Part shown: positions 6,982-14,865 of the stretch, in pieces
How the letters are laid out: every line of letters starts with the position of its first letter
Position numbering within the stretch: the stretch's first letter is position 1
Assembly: GCA_037442925.1 (NCBI GenBank)
Contig: JBBIPG010000057.1
Location: 1 to 14,986 of the forward strand
DNA: 14,986 bases
From: Candidatus Fraserbacteria bacterium
GTDB lineage: Bacteria > Bipolaricaulota > Bipolaricaulia > RBG-16-55-9
Reading direction: 5' to 3'
Notes under the pieces: model-generated
Told to the model about the DNA's origin: nothing
The model's database searches: none
What the model saw: the letters and a program-made list of their open reading frames with translations, nothing else
Program-made: the position numbers and the translations under genes

Positions 6982-8091
6982 ATGGCAAGAAAGCTATCTC
7001 AGAGCTTCTTGGGACCGAAGGTGGAAAACGAAGCCATTCGTGGGAACGAGACGACGAGTGAGTTGATTGACAAGGCGTTCAAGGCGTTTGTGGGGCGAGA
7101 GCTGGCGACCGCATATAGCATTATTCGTCGGATGATCCGTGAGGATCACACGATTGTGATGAGCGTTTCGGGCGCCATGACCCCTGCCGATCTCGCAACG
7201 ACCTGCATCATCCCACTCATTCAGGCAGGCATGGTGGACGTGCTCACGACTACAGGGGCGAACATCTATCACGACCTTCAGCGCACCCTGCAAGGCCAAT
7301 TCTATGCGGTCGATCCCAACGTCGGAGATCGCATGCTGCGTGAACAGGGATATACGCGCATTTACGACCTCGTGTTTCCGGAAGACGATCTCTATCGCAC
7401 AGATAAGTTCGTGCAAGAGCTTCTCATCAAGAAACCCTTTCAACGGCCTATGACCACGCCAGAGTTTCACGATCTTTTAGGCAAATACATCGCCGAGATC
7501 GAACGAAAGCGTTTCGGGCGCGATCCCAAAACGTCGCGCAGTCTGGTGGTGCAAGCCCATCTCCATCGTGTGCCGGTCTTCTGTGGTGCTCCTCAGGATG
7601 CGTCGATCCATCTCAATGTGGCATATCTCAAGCGACGCTTCGGTGAGAAATTTCAATTTGGGATTGACATCGAGACAGATATCCACGAGTTTGCAGCGTA
7701 TCACTGGCTGGCGAAGAAGCGCTGGTCCAAGAAGCTGAGCGTAATCATCCTGGGAGGAGGCGTCCCCAAAAACTACTCGCTCCAGCCAGAGCCGTACTTG
7801 TCACAGATCTGCGGGCTTGACGTGGAAGGCTATGACTGCGATGTGCAATTCTGTGATGCACACGTACAAAACGGCGGCCTAAGTTCCTGCACGGCCGGGG
7901 AAGCTCACACGTGGGGCAAGACTTCGGCAGAATACCAGATCAATTCGCAATACGTCTTCACAGAAGTGACAGCGGTCTTCCCGTTTGTTGTGCACGGGCT
8001 CTTGCAAGAAGGGCTCAAGAAGGGCGCTCGAAAGCTACTAGACAGACGTGAGGAAGCGATCCAGCTCTTGGATAAGGCAATCCGAAAATGA
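6982..8091 (+). CDS. deoxyhypusine synthase family protein (DHS-like, possibly homospermidine synthase)
   Basis: SGAMTPA, TTTGANIYHD, RIYD, IILGGGVPKNY, GGLSS, EAHTWGK (equivalent to the DHS active-site EAxSWGK lysine). ATG 6982 is 5 nt from AGGAGG. Confidence 0.92.
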   Translation: MARKLSQSFLGPKVENEAIRGNETTSELIDKAFKAFVGRELATAYSIIRRMIREDHTIVMSVSGAMTPADLATTCIIPLIQAGMVDVLTTTGANIYHDLQRTLQGQFYAVDPNVGDRMLREQGYTRIYDLVFPEDDLYRTDKFVQELLIKKPFQRPMTTPEFHDLLGKYIAEIERKRFGRDPKTSRSLVVQAHLHRVPVFCGAPQDASIHLNVAYLKRRFGEKFQFGIDIETDIHEFAAYHWLAKKRWSKKLSVIILGGGVPKNYSLQPEPYLSQICGLDVEGYDCDVQFCDAHVQNGGLSSCTAGEAHTWGKTSAEYQINSQYVFTEVTAVFPFVVHGLLQEGLKKGARKLLDRREEAIQLLDKAIRK

Positions 8092-8105
8092 GATAGGAGT
8101 CTGCT

Positions 8106-8210
8106 CTACCGATAGCGATAGAAAGCGTAAAGAAGATAGATGATCGTCCCCACAGCGAGCACGAGTGCCATGTAGCCCCCAGGAGCCCCCGGAGGATTGA
8201 AGATCCACAT
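8106..8210 (-). CDS. putative 34-aa single-pass membrane microprotein (not in ORF track)
   Basis: MWIFNPPGAPGGYMALVLAVGTIIYLLYAFYRYR*. ATG lies 3 nt after the rpmF stop, with an SD (AGAGGAG) inside the last rpmF codons; ~19-aa hydrophobic stretch followed by RYR. Confidence 0.65.
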   Translation of the reverse strand: MWIFNPPGAPGGYMALVLAVGTIIYLLYAFYRYR

Positions 8211-8213
8211 GCG

Positions 8214-8402
8214 CTACTCCTCTTCTTCTTTCATCTGAAGCACTTCTAATTCGCCGTAGTAACCGCAGTGGGTGCAGACCCGATGGGGAAGCTTGGGCTC
8301 ATGGCAGCGCGGGCATTCACTCACCGTCACCCGCGACATGCGCCAGTGACCCTGATGATTGCGCTTCTCCCTTCGGGACCTGCGATATTTGGGAGTACTC
8401 AC
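8214..8402 (-). CDS. rpmF: 50S ribosomal protein L32 (Zn-binding C+ form)
   Basis: PKYRRSR…CPRC…KLPHRVCTHCGYY; GTG start with GAAAGGAG SD at 8412-8419. Confidence 0.95.
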   Translation of the reverse strand: MSTPKYRRSRREKRNHQGHWRMSRVTVSECPRCHEPKLPHRVCTHCGYYGELEVLQMKEEEE

Positions 8403-8429
8403 AGAAAATAGCTCCTTTCGTTGCGCGGC

Positions 8430-8458
8430 ATTCTACTGAGAAGCAACGGGAGATTCAA
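8430..8458 (-). promoter_or_regulatory. sigma70-type promoter for rpmF
   Basis: On - strand TTGAAT (8458-8453), 17 nt, TAGAAT (8435-8430). Confidence 0.6.
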
Positions 8459-8901
8459 GCCGAAGGGCTTTCGAGAATGAGGGTCACGGGACCGTCATTG
8501 ATTAAAAACACCTGCATATGCGCGCGAAAGCGTCCCGTTGACACGTGAGGCGTGTGCTTTTGCAGGGCGGCCACAAAATGATTGAAGAGTTGTTCGGCTT
8601 GATCTGGAGGAGCGGCTTTTTCAAAACTGGGCCGCCGCCCCTTGCTGACATCGCCAAAGAGCGTAAACTGCGATACGGCGAGAACCCCTCCACTGACGTC
8701 AAGAAGCGAGCGGTTCATCTTGCCTTGCTCGTCCTCAAAGATCCTCAAATTGACAACCTTCTCTGCCCAATGCATCGCATCCGACTCACCATCATCCCGC
8801 CCCACTCCCACGAGCACGAGGAGTCCTGGACCGATCTCGCCCACGACTTCACCGTCGACTTCCACACGCGCTTCGCGCACCCGCTGGATGACGAGACGCA
8901 T
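8455..8901 (-). CDS. dtd: D-aminoacyl-tRNA deacylase
   Basis: MRLVIQRV start, LRIFED..GKMN, VSQFTL, GRRPSF, NDGPVT (Gly-cisPro). Start set at ATG 8901. Confidence 0.96.
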   Translation of the reverse strand: MRLVIQRVREARVEVDGEVVGEIGPGLLVLVGVGRDDGESDAMHWAEKVVNLRIFEDEQGKMNRSLLDVSGGVLAVSQFTLFGDVSKGRRPSFEKAAPPDQAEQLFNHFVAALQKHTPHVSTGRFRAHMQVFLINDGPVTLILESPSA

Positions 8902-8908
8902 ATGAGAG

Positions 8909-8937
8909 AGTCTATCGAAGCGAACTCCCGAGGGCAA
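8909..8937 (-). promoter_or_regulatory. promoter placing the TSS at the dtd ATG (leaderless)
   Basis: On - strand TTGCCC (8937-8932), 17 nt, TAGACT (8914-8909), 7 nt, ATG; no SD. Confidence 0.5.
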
Positions 8938-8989
8938 ACGAATTCCCTTGCAAGAAGCTCGCTTACTCGTATATTCTTGTCGTAAGGCG

Positions 8990-9799
8990 ATGGAACTAGC
9001 AGCGTATCTGGCTGAGCGTGGCCATTGGATTGAGCAATACTTGAAGGAGCAGTTGGCGCGGCATCAAGACCCTCCGGTCACGGAGCTTCTAGCAGCAATG
9101 GAGTATGCGCTGGCAGGGGGAAAGCGGATTCGTGCCGTGCTCGTCATGGAGGGAGCCGAGCTGGGAGGAGAAGAGCCTCAGCGCGTGCTACCCGCAGCTG
9201 CTGCGGTCGAATGTTTCCACGCGTATTCGCTGGTCCATGATGACCTGCCTTCCATGGACAATGACATAGAAAGGCGCGGTCGGCCTACGGTGCATGTGCG
9301 TTTCGGTGAGGCAACGGCCATTCTCGCTGGCGATTCGCTGCTCCCGTTCGGCTTTGAGCTTCTGAACGTAGAGCAGGTGAAATACTCCCCGCTGGAACGT
9401 GTACAACAAGTGAATGCCCTGTTCTCGCAGGCTTTGGGGTGGAGGGGCTTGACCGGTGGACAGCTTTTGGATCTCTCGTGTGCACACGAGGAAAAACTTC
9501 GGCCTGAGATCAACCGGCGAAAGACAGCGGCACTGTTTGAAGCTGCGCTGGCTGCCGGAGCGATGTTGGCAGGGATGAAAACGCATGAATTGAACAAGTT
9601 GAGAGATTTCGGATTGCAGCTTGGCCTGGCGTATCAACTCGTCGATGATATGCTGGATGGGGAGGTAGCTCCATCGAGGGGCTCAAAGCAACGTGTGCAG
9701 GTGCACACAGAGACTGCTCTTGCGGATCTGGAGCCCTTTGGGGAGCGAGCGGCGCGTCTTCGAGCACTGACGCAGTATCTTGCCGTCCGCCGTTTGTGA
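8990..9799 (+). CDS. ispA: short-chain polyprenyl diphosphate synthase (FPP/GGPP synthase family)
   Basis: [20 protein letters not shown] (FARM), [30 protein letters not shown] (SARM). Start ATG 8990; TTGCAA-16-TATATT at 8948-8975. Confidence 0.9.
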   Translation: MELAAYLAERGHWIEQYLKEQLARHQDPPVTELLAAMEYALAGGKRIRAVLVMEGAELGGEEPQRVLPAAAAVECFHAYSLVHDDLPSMDNDIERRGRPTVHVRFGEATAILAGDSLLPFGFELLNVEQVKYSPLERVQQVNALFSQALGWRGLTGGQLLDLSCAHEEKLRPEINRRKTAALFEAALAAGAMLAGMKTHELNKLRDFGLQLGLAYQLVDDMLDGEVAPSRGSKQRVQVHTETALADLEPFGERAARLRALTQYLAVRRL

Positions 9800-9843
9800 T
9801 ATGATGGGGGTGCGTTACCCTAAAGAAAGAGAGGGAGGGACGT

Positions 9844-10263
9844 ATGGCAGAGTTGGAAGAGGTTCGAGGAGATGTGGGGCAGCTATTCATCTCGGACAAA
9901 GCCTTGGAGATGATCGCCTATGGAGCGCTCTTGGACGTGGAGGGTTTGTACACCCCAGATCGGGTGAAGGGCGGGGGCCTTCTTGGCTCCATCTCGAAGG
10001 TCTACCAAGGCGATGGCATCCAGGTGCTCAAAGGCCCTGTCCCCAAAGAAGGAGACGAGGCATTCCCAGGGCAAGAAGCAATTGTTGACGAGTCAGAGAA
10101 ACCTCTCAAAATCAAGCTGGCACTCGTCGCCCAATACGGCACTCCCATCCACCAAGCGGCAGAGCACGCCATCCAAAAAGTCCGGCGCAAGGTCAAAGAG
10201 CTGGCGGGCCTCGATGTGAGCGAAGTGGAAGTTGAGATCACAGGCATCGTTAAGATGCCGTAA
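9844..10263 (+). CDS. Asp23/Gls24 family envelope stress response protein
   Basis: GQLFISDKALEMIA…LDVEGL…YGTPI…IQKVRRKVKELAGLDVSEVEVEITGI pattern; GGAGG SD; TG-n-TATGAT at 9797-9805. Confidence 0.85.
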   Translation: MAELEEVRGDVGQLFISDKALEMIAYGALLDVEGLYTPDRVKGGGLLGSISKVYQGDGIQVLKGPVPKEGDEAFPGQEAIVDESEKPLKIKLALVAQYGTPIHQAAEHAIQKVRRKVKELAGLDVSEVEVEITGIVKMP

Positions 10264-10275
10264 TGTGCTGTGGTG

Positions 10276-10977
10276 ATGAGGCCGGCCGAGATCGCGCAGA
10301 TGTTTTCTGGCATCTCGGCGCGCTATGACCTGGCCAATCATATCCTAAGCCTGCAACTCGATAGGGCTTGGCGAAAGCAGCTCGTGCGCAGGGCCGATCC
10401 GCGACCTGAGGAACGAGTCCTCGATGTGTGCACAGGCACAGGGGATCTCTTGCTCGGCTTCGCCCATCAGCACCAGCAGCTGACACGCTGGGGATTAGAC
10501 CTCTCCCGCGAGATGCTGGCCCACGCGCAGAAGAAACTGGGATCGATTCGCGATGCGGGTAGCTCGCTTTTGATCGAAGGGAACGCGCTTCAGCTTCCCT
10601 TTGCCTCCGAATCGTTTGACATCGTGACCGTTGCGTTTGGCTTACGCAATCTGCCAGACATACAAGCGGGTTTAGGGGAGATGGTGAGAGTCTTAAAGCC
10701 GGGGGGACGGCTCTTGATTCTAGAGTTCGCGCTGCCCCCGAATCGGCTCTGGCGCGGGACTTATCTCTTCTATCTGAAGCACGTCGTTCCCCGGCTGGGA
10801 GCGCTCATCACGGGTTCGCGGTCTGCGTATGAATATCTGCATCGTTCCATTTGCGACTTCCCTGTGCCGCAAGAGATCCTCCATCACATGAGACTCTCAG
10901 GTCTAGCGCGAACGGAGTGTCTTTCTCTGGCGGGTGGGATTGCTGTCATCTATCGCGGGGAGAGGCGGGTTGATTGA
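10276..10977 (+). CDS. ubiE: UbiE/MenG quinone biosynthesis C-methyltransferase
   Basis: MF..I…YDLANHILS, VLDVCTGTGD, VAFGLRN, RVLKPGG.LLILEF, AYEYL..SI..FP. Start may be 10270, 10273 or 10276. Confidence 0.92.
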   Translation: MRPAEIAQMFSGISARYDLANHILSLQLDRAWRKQLVRRADPRPEERVLDVCTGTGDLLLGFAHQHQQLTRWGLDLSREMLAHAQKKLGSIRDAGSSLLIEGNALQLPFASESFDIVTVAFGLRNLPDIQAGLGEMVRVLKPGGRLLILEFALPPNRLWRGTYLFYLKHVVPRLGALITGSRSAYEYLHRSICDFPVPQEILHHMRLSGLARTECLSLAGGIAVIYRGERRVD

Positions 10978-11001
10978 ATAAGAACCCGCAACTACTCAAT
11001 A

Positions 11002-11018
11002 ACGAGGGAAGCGCTCGT
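11002..11018. terminator. hairpin between convergent ubiE and O-methyltransferase genes
   Basis: ACGAG-GGAAGCG-CTCGT; T-rich sequence (TATTG) follows on - strand. Confidence 0.3.
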
Positions 11019-11023
11019 CTGCA

Positions 11024-11686
11024 CTATCGCTTCAGAACAAGTGTTAGCCCATCCGCTATCGGAACCAGACTGATATCTACTCGAGTGTCGGTGAGAATTT
11101 TCTTGTTCAAAGCACGAATGGCTTGCGTATCTTGATCCTGTATCGCTCTATCAACCACCGCTCCGTGCCTCAACACGTTATCAATGGCAATCAAGCCACC
11201 AGGACGCACTAACTTGAGACAATACTCGTAATACGCGTCATAATTTCTCTTGTCGGCATCGATGAATGCAAAATCAAACCGATTTGACTGACCTTCTTTG
11301 ATGAGCTGTTTGAGTGTCTCTACAGCCGGGCCTAAACGTAAATCGATCTTGTGGGACACCCCAGCCTCTTCCCAGTATCGGCGCGCTGTGGCTGTCCATT
11401 CATCGCTGATGTCGCAGGCCACGATCTCTCCATCTTCTGGCAGAGCTAGAGCTGTCCATAGCGAGCTATAGCCCGTGAAGACGCCGATTTCCAACGTCTG
11501 GCGAGCGCCGAGGAGTTTGACTAACAACGCCATGAACTGTCCCTGCTCCGGTGCAATTTGACAACTCGCCATTTCATGCCCTGAAGTCTCCTGACGCAAG
11601 CGCTGCAGTATGTCAGATTCCCGTAACGATACGGCAAGCAGGTACTCATATAACTGGTCTGTAAGACTGATGGTACGACGTGCCAT
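11024..11686 (-). CDS. class I SAM-dependent O-methyltransferase (caffeoyl-CoA OMT / MdmC-like)
   Basis: QIAPEQGQFM, LEIGVFTGYS, FDFAFIDADK, LVRPGGLIAIDN, PIADGLTL; GAAAGGAA SD. Confidence 0.92.
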   Translation of the reverse strand: MARRTISLTDQLYEYLLAVSLRESDILQRLRQETSGHEMASCQIAPEQGQFMALLVKLLGARQTLEIGVFTGYSSLWTALALPEDGEIVACDISDEWTATARRYWEEAGVSHKIDLRLGPAVETLKQLIKEGQSNRFDFAFIDADKRNYDAYYEYCLKLVRPGGLIAIDNVLRHGAVVDRAIQDQDTQAIRALNKKILTDTRVDISLVPIADGLTLVLKR

Positions 11687-11712
11687 AGAATTCCTTTCAC
11701 GGACCGGAGTAG

Positions 11713-12246
11713 CTATTCAGATTCTTCGAGCAGGCGTCTGGCGTATTCGAGTAGCTTGCGTTGGTCCGATTCGCTCAACTTCTCCGCCATCGTCAGGAGG
11801 CGATCCAGCAGGCTCTCTCGCAGCGGCCGCCCGGAGTCGACTTCGGCGCGCTCCAAGAGCGCTCGCTGGGCTAGACGGTGCGCTTGCCAGTTGCCCGTCC
11901 GTTCGATGTAGCGCACCTGCCAGAAGGGAAGGCGACTTAACAGTTCTTCCGCTTGGCGATTGAGGGCATCCAGATGCGGCTGCCGGACACGGTAGAGCCC
12001 GTTGATCTGATTGGCCACCAGTTGCGAGTCCGTGAAGAAGAGCGCACGTTGTGGCATGTACTCCAGCACAGCTTGAATGGCTTCAATCAACGCCCGATAC
12101 TCAGCCACATTGTTGGTAGAGCGGCCAATATATTTCGAGATCTCCTCAATGACGTTCCCTTTGGCATCGGAGATGACAACCCCGATGCCGGATTCGCCGG
12201 GATTGCCCTGTGCCGTGCCGTCGATGTAGATTAAGAGCTTTTCCAT
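11713..12246 (-). CDS. ribonuclease HI family protein with C-terminal helical extension
   Basis: IYIDG..QGNPG, TNNVAEYRALI, FTDSQLV..QING, N..AH.LA. Start at ATG 12246; the upstream extension in the ORF track runs through the tRNA. Confidence 0.88.
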   Translation of the reverse strand: MEKLLIYIDGTAQGNPGESGIGVVISDAKGNVIEEISKYIGRSTNNVAEYRALIEAIQAVLEYMPQRALFFTDSQLVANQINGLYRVRQPHLDALNRQAEELLSRLPFWQVRYIERTGNWQAHRLAQRALLERAEVDSGRPLRESLLDRLLTMAEKLSESDQRKLLEYARRLLEESE

Positions 12247-12254
12247 TCTCGGGG

Positions 12255-12327
12255 TGGGCCCAGCAGGATTCGAACCTGCGACCAACCGCTTATGAGGCGG
12301 CTGCTCTGACCCCTGAGCTATGGGCCC
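12255..12327 (-). tRNA. tRNA with CAT anticodon, most likely tRNA-Ile2 (lysidine); CCA not encoded
   Basis: GGGCCCA TA GCTC AGGGGTCA GAGC A GCCGC CTCATAA GCGGT TGGTC GCAGG TTCGAAT CCTGC TGGGCCC A. Full cloverleaf with G1-C72 pair and no 3GC anticodon stem (so not fMet); resembles E. coli ileX from memory. Confidence 0.95.
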
Positions 12328-12339
12328 GAGTGCACTTTC

Positions 12340-12369
12340 AATATAGCCTGAGCAACTGAGATCTGTCAA
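12340..12369 (-). promoter_or_regulatory. promoter for tRNA-rnh transcript
   Basis: On - strand TTGACA (12369-12364), 18 nt, TATATT (12345-12340). Confidence 0.65.
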
Positions 12370-12446
12370 CGGATGAAGACAAACGCATTAGCAGATAGCT
12401 TATAGCTGCGAAATCCGTTAATCCGCTTGCTATCCGTTGACAGATC
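12360..12446. repeat. 15-bp perfect inverted repeat with internal ATCCG(T/C)T direct repeats
   Basis: GATCTGTCAACGGAT (12360-12374) and ATCCGTTGACAGATC (12432-12446); ATCCGTT 12413, ATCCGCT 12421, ATCCGTT 12432. Confidence 0.85.
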
Positions 12447-12451
12447 CCACC

Positions 12452-12481
12452 TTGGCAGAGCGCGCTTCGTTTCTTTATAAT
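12452..12481 (+). promoter_or_regulatory. promoter for the mutase operon
   Basis: TTGGCA (12452-12457), 18 nt, TATAAT (12476-12481); AAGGAGG SD before ATG 12510. Confidence 0.6.
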
Positions 12482-12509
12482 CTTCACCGGATGGCAAGGA
12501 GGATCGCAC

Positions 12510-14201
12510 ATGGCGAAATCCATCACCCACACGCAGAGTGAGAAGGAACGCTGGCAACAGGAAACATTGAAACCCTTTCTGGAAAAGCACGGCGAACGTA
12601 AGGAACGCTTCATCACTGTCTCTAACGAAGAGATCGAGAGGCTCTATACAGCAGAAGATATCGAAGATCTCAACTACGAACGCGATCTAGGCAACCCCGG
12701 CGAATATCCCTTCACCCGCGGCATCTACCCTACGATGTACCGTGGAAAGCTCTGGACGATGCGCCAGTTCTCGGGCTTTGGAGGCCCCGAAGAGACCAAC
12801 CGCCGTTTCAAATATCTACTCGAAGAGGGCGAAACAGGGCTATCGACAGCCTTTGACATGCCCACGCTGATGGGCTTTGACTCGGATCATCCCCTATCGC
12901 AAGGCGAAGTGGGAGTTGAGGGAGTAGCCATTGACACACTCGAAGACTTCAAGATCCTCTTTGACGGCATCCCCCTGGATCAAGTAAGCACGAGCTTCAC
13001 GATCAATCCCAGCGCCGCCGTGATCTACGCCATGTACATCGCCATGGCCGATGAGCAGGGAGTGCCTCGCGCCCAGATCCGCGGCACGATCCAGAACGAT
13101 ATGCTCAAGGAATTCATCGCCCAGAAGGAGTGGGTGATGCCGCCCAAGCCCTCCATCGATCTCATCGTCGACATCTTCGAGTACGGCATCAAAGAGACTC
13201 CGAAATTCAATCTCATCAGCATCTCGGGGTATCACATCCGCGAGGCCGGCTCAACGGCAGTTCAAGAGCTGGCCTTCACTCTGGCAGACGGCATGGCCTA
13301 TGTCGAAGCCGGCATGGAGCGAGGGCTGGATGTGGATGCCTTTGCCCCTCAGCTCTCCTTCTTCTTCAACTCGCACAACTCGCTCTTTGAGGAGGTCGCG
13401 AAGTTCCGGGCGGCGCGGCGCATCTGGGCGCGAGCGATGCGCGAGCGTTATGGCGCCAAAGATCCGCGCTCCTGGATGCTGCGCTTCCACACCCAGACGG
13501 CAGGCTGCTCTCTCACGGAACAGCAACCGCTCAACAACATCATCCGCGTAACCATTCAAGCCTTGGCGGCTGTGCTGGGGGGAACTCAATCGCTTCACAC
13601 CAACTCGTACGATGAGGCATTGGCGCTCCCGACGGAAGAAGCAGCTCGCATCGCGTTGCGCACGCAGCAGATCATCGCGGAAGAGAGCGGAGCTGCCGAT
13701 GTCATCGATCCTTTAGCCGGAAGCTACTTCATTGAGAACCTGACAAATCGCGTAGAAGAGCAGGCGCTTGAGTATATTCACAAGATCGAAAAGCTCGGCC
13801 AAGGCTCGATCCTCAGGGGCGTGTTTCGTGCCATCGATGAGGGGTTCTTCCAGAAGGAGATCGCCCAGGCGGCTTATCTCTATCAAAAACAGGTCGAAGC
13901 CGGCGAGCAGACGATTGTGGGAGTGAACAAGTTTGCCACGGAGGACGATCATAAGCCCCATATTCTGAGGGTAGATCCAGAGATTGAGAGACGACAAGTC
14001 GAGCGCACCAAGCGCATCAAGAGTGAGCGTGACAACGCGCGCGTGAAGAAATGTCTGAGCGACCTCCGGGAAGCTGCCAGGAACAAAGAGAATACCATGC
14101 CCTACATCGTCGAAGCGGTCAAAGCATACGCCAGTGTGGGCGAGATCATGGATGTCTTCCGCGAGGTTCATGGCATCTATCGAGAACCGGCCATGATGTA
14201 A
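12510..14201 (+). CDS. icmA: B12-dependent acyl-CoA mutase large subunit (methylmalonyl-CoA mutase family; isobutyryl-CoA mutase-type signature)
   Basis: [69 protein letters not shown]. Family certain; icmA symbol inferred from F87/Q205. Confidence 0.9.
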   Translation: MAKSITHTQSEKERWQQETLKPFLEKHGERKERFITVSNEEIERLYTAEDIEDLNYERDLGNPGEYPFTRGIYPTMYRGKLWTMRQFSGFGGPEETNRRFKYLLEEGETGLSTAFDMPTLMGFDSDHPLSQGEVGVEGVAIDTLEDFKILFDGIPLDQVSTSFTINPSAAVIYAMYIAMADEQGVPRAQIRGTIQNDMLKEFIAQKEWVMPPKPSIDLIVDIFEYGIKETPKFNLISISGYHIREAGSTAVQELAFTLADGMAYVEAGMERGLDVDAFAPQLSFFFNSHNSLFEEVAKFRAARRIWARAMRERYGAKDPRSWMLRFHTQTAGCSLTEQQPLNNIIRVTIQALAAVLGGTQSLHTNSYDEALALPTEEAARIALRTQQIIAEESGAADVIDPLAGSYFIENLTNRVEEQALEYIHKIEKLGQGSILRGVFRAIDEGFFQKEIAQAAYLYQKQVEAGEQTIVGVNKFATEDDHKPHILRVDPEIERRQVERTKRIKSERDNARVKKCLSDLREAARNKENTMPYIVEAVKAYASVGEIMDVFREVHGIYREPAMM

Positions 14202-14202
14202 G

Positions 14203-14622
14203 ATGAGTGCAGTGGGAACGAAGGCGAAGAAGATTCGTGTCCTGATGGCTAAGGCTGGCTTAGACGGCCATGACCGTGGTGTGAAGGTCGTGGCGCGGGC
14301 ACTGCGCGATGCCGGAATGGAAGTCATCTACACGGGGCTGCATAACACGCCGGAACAAGTCGTGACGGCAGCTCTGCAAGAAGATGTCGATGTGATCGGC
14401 GTCTCGATCCTGTCAGGGGCTCACATGACGATCTTCCCCCGTATTGTGAAACTGTTGAAGGAACAGAAAATGGAGGATGTCGTCTTGATGGGCGGTGGCA
14501 TCATCCCCGATGATGACAAAGAAGAGCTCAAAAAGCTGGGCGTGCGGGAGATCTTCGGTCCAGGGGCATCGACTCAAGATATCGTCGAGTTCATACGCAA
14601 AGAGACGCAGAAACAAAAGTGA
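14203..14622 (+). CDS. icmB: acyl-CoA mutase small, cobalamin-binding subunit
   Basis: GLDGHDRG (DxHxxG), [20 protein letters not shown]; starts 1 nt after the large-subunit stop. Confidence 0.92.
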   Translation: MSAVGTKAKKIRVLMAKAGLDGHDRGVKVVARALRDAGMEVIYTGLHNTPEQVVTAALQEDVDVIGVSILSGAHMTIFPRIVKLLKEQKMEDVVLMGGGIIPDDDKEELKKLGVREIFGPGASTQDIVEFIRKETQKQK

Positions 14623-14631
14623 TCGTATTGC

Positions 14632-14865
14632 TTAGGAAGACTTCCGTACGATTCGCTCACCGTCGATGCGTTCGATAGATTCGATATCTGCCAGATAAGG
14701 CCAACGCTTGCGGACTTCGGTGATGTGCGAGAGATCCATCTTGGCAATATAGATGCCTTCTTCTTCATCGGCCTCCAACAAGATGTCGCCCGAGGGAGAA
14801 GCCACGATGGAATGGCCGTTCACTTCTCGGTTGTCAGGGTAAAAGGACTTTGTATTGTTCCCGCG
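14632..14865 (-). pseudogene. C-terminal fragment of a carbon-nitrogen hydrolase (nitrilase superfamily)
   Basis: GHSIVASPSGDILLEA.EEEGIYIAKMDLSHITEVRKRWPYLAD is a typical CN-hydrolase C-terminus. The upstream in-frame sequence (open to the window edge) lacks the expected RA.EN…AN motif. Confidence 0.55.

Noticed and set aside
10978..12254. tRNA-integrated genomic island
   Set aside because: No duplicated tRNA 3' end and no integrase found.
12247..12369. 41-aa N-terminal extension of the RNase H ORF (TTG 12369)
   Set aside because: It runs through the tRNA gene and its TTG is the -35 box; the RNase H fold starts at MEKLLIYIDG.
385..14327. Numerous antisense or alternate-frame ORFs in the track (e.g. 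385-1053, 4656-5000, 6994-7470, 8545-8985, 13713-14327)
   Set aside because: Shadow ORFs of well-conserved genes in GC-rich DNA, without SD or family motifs.
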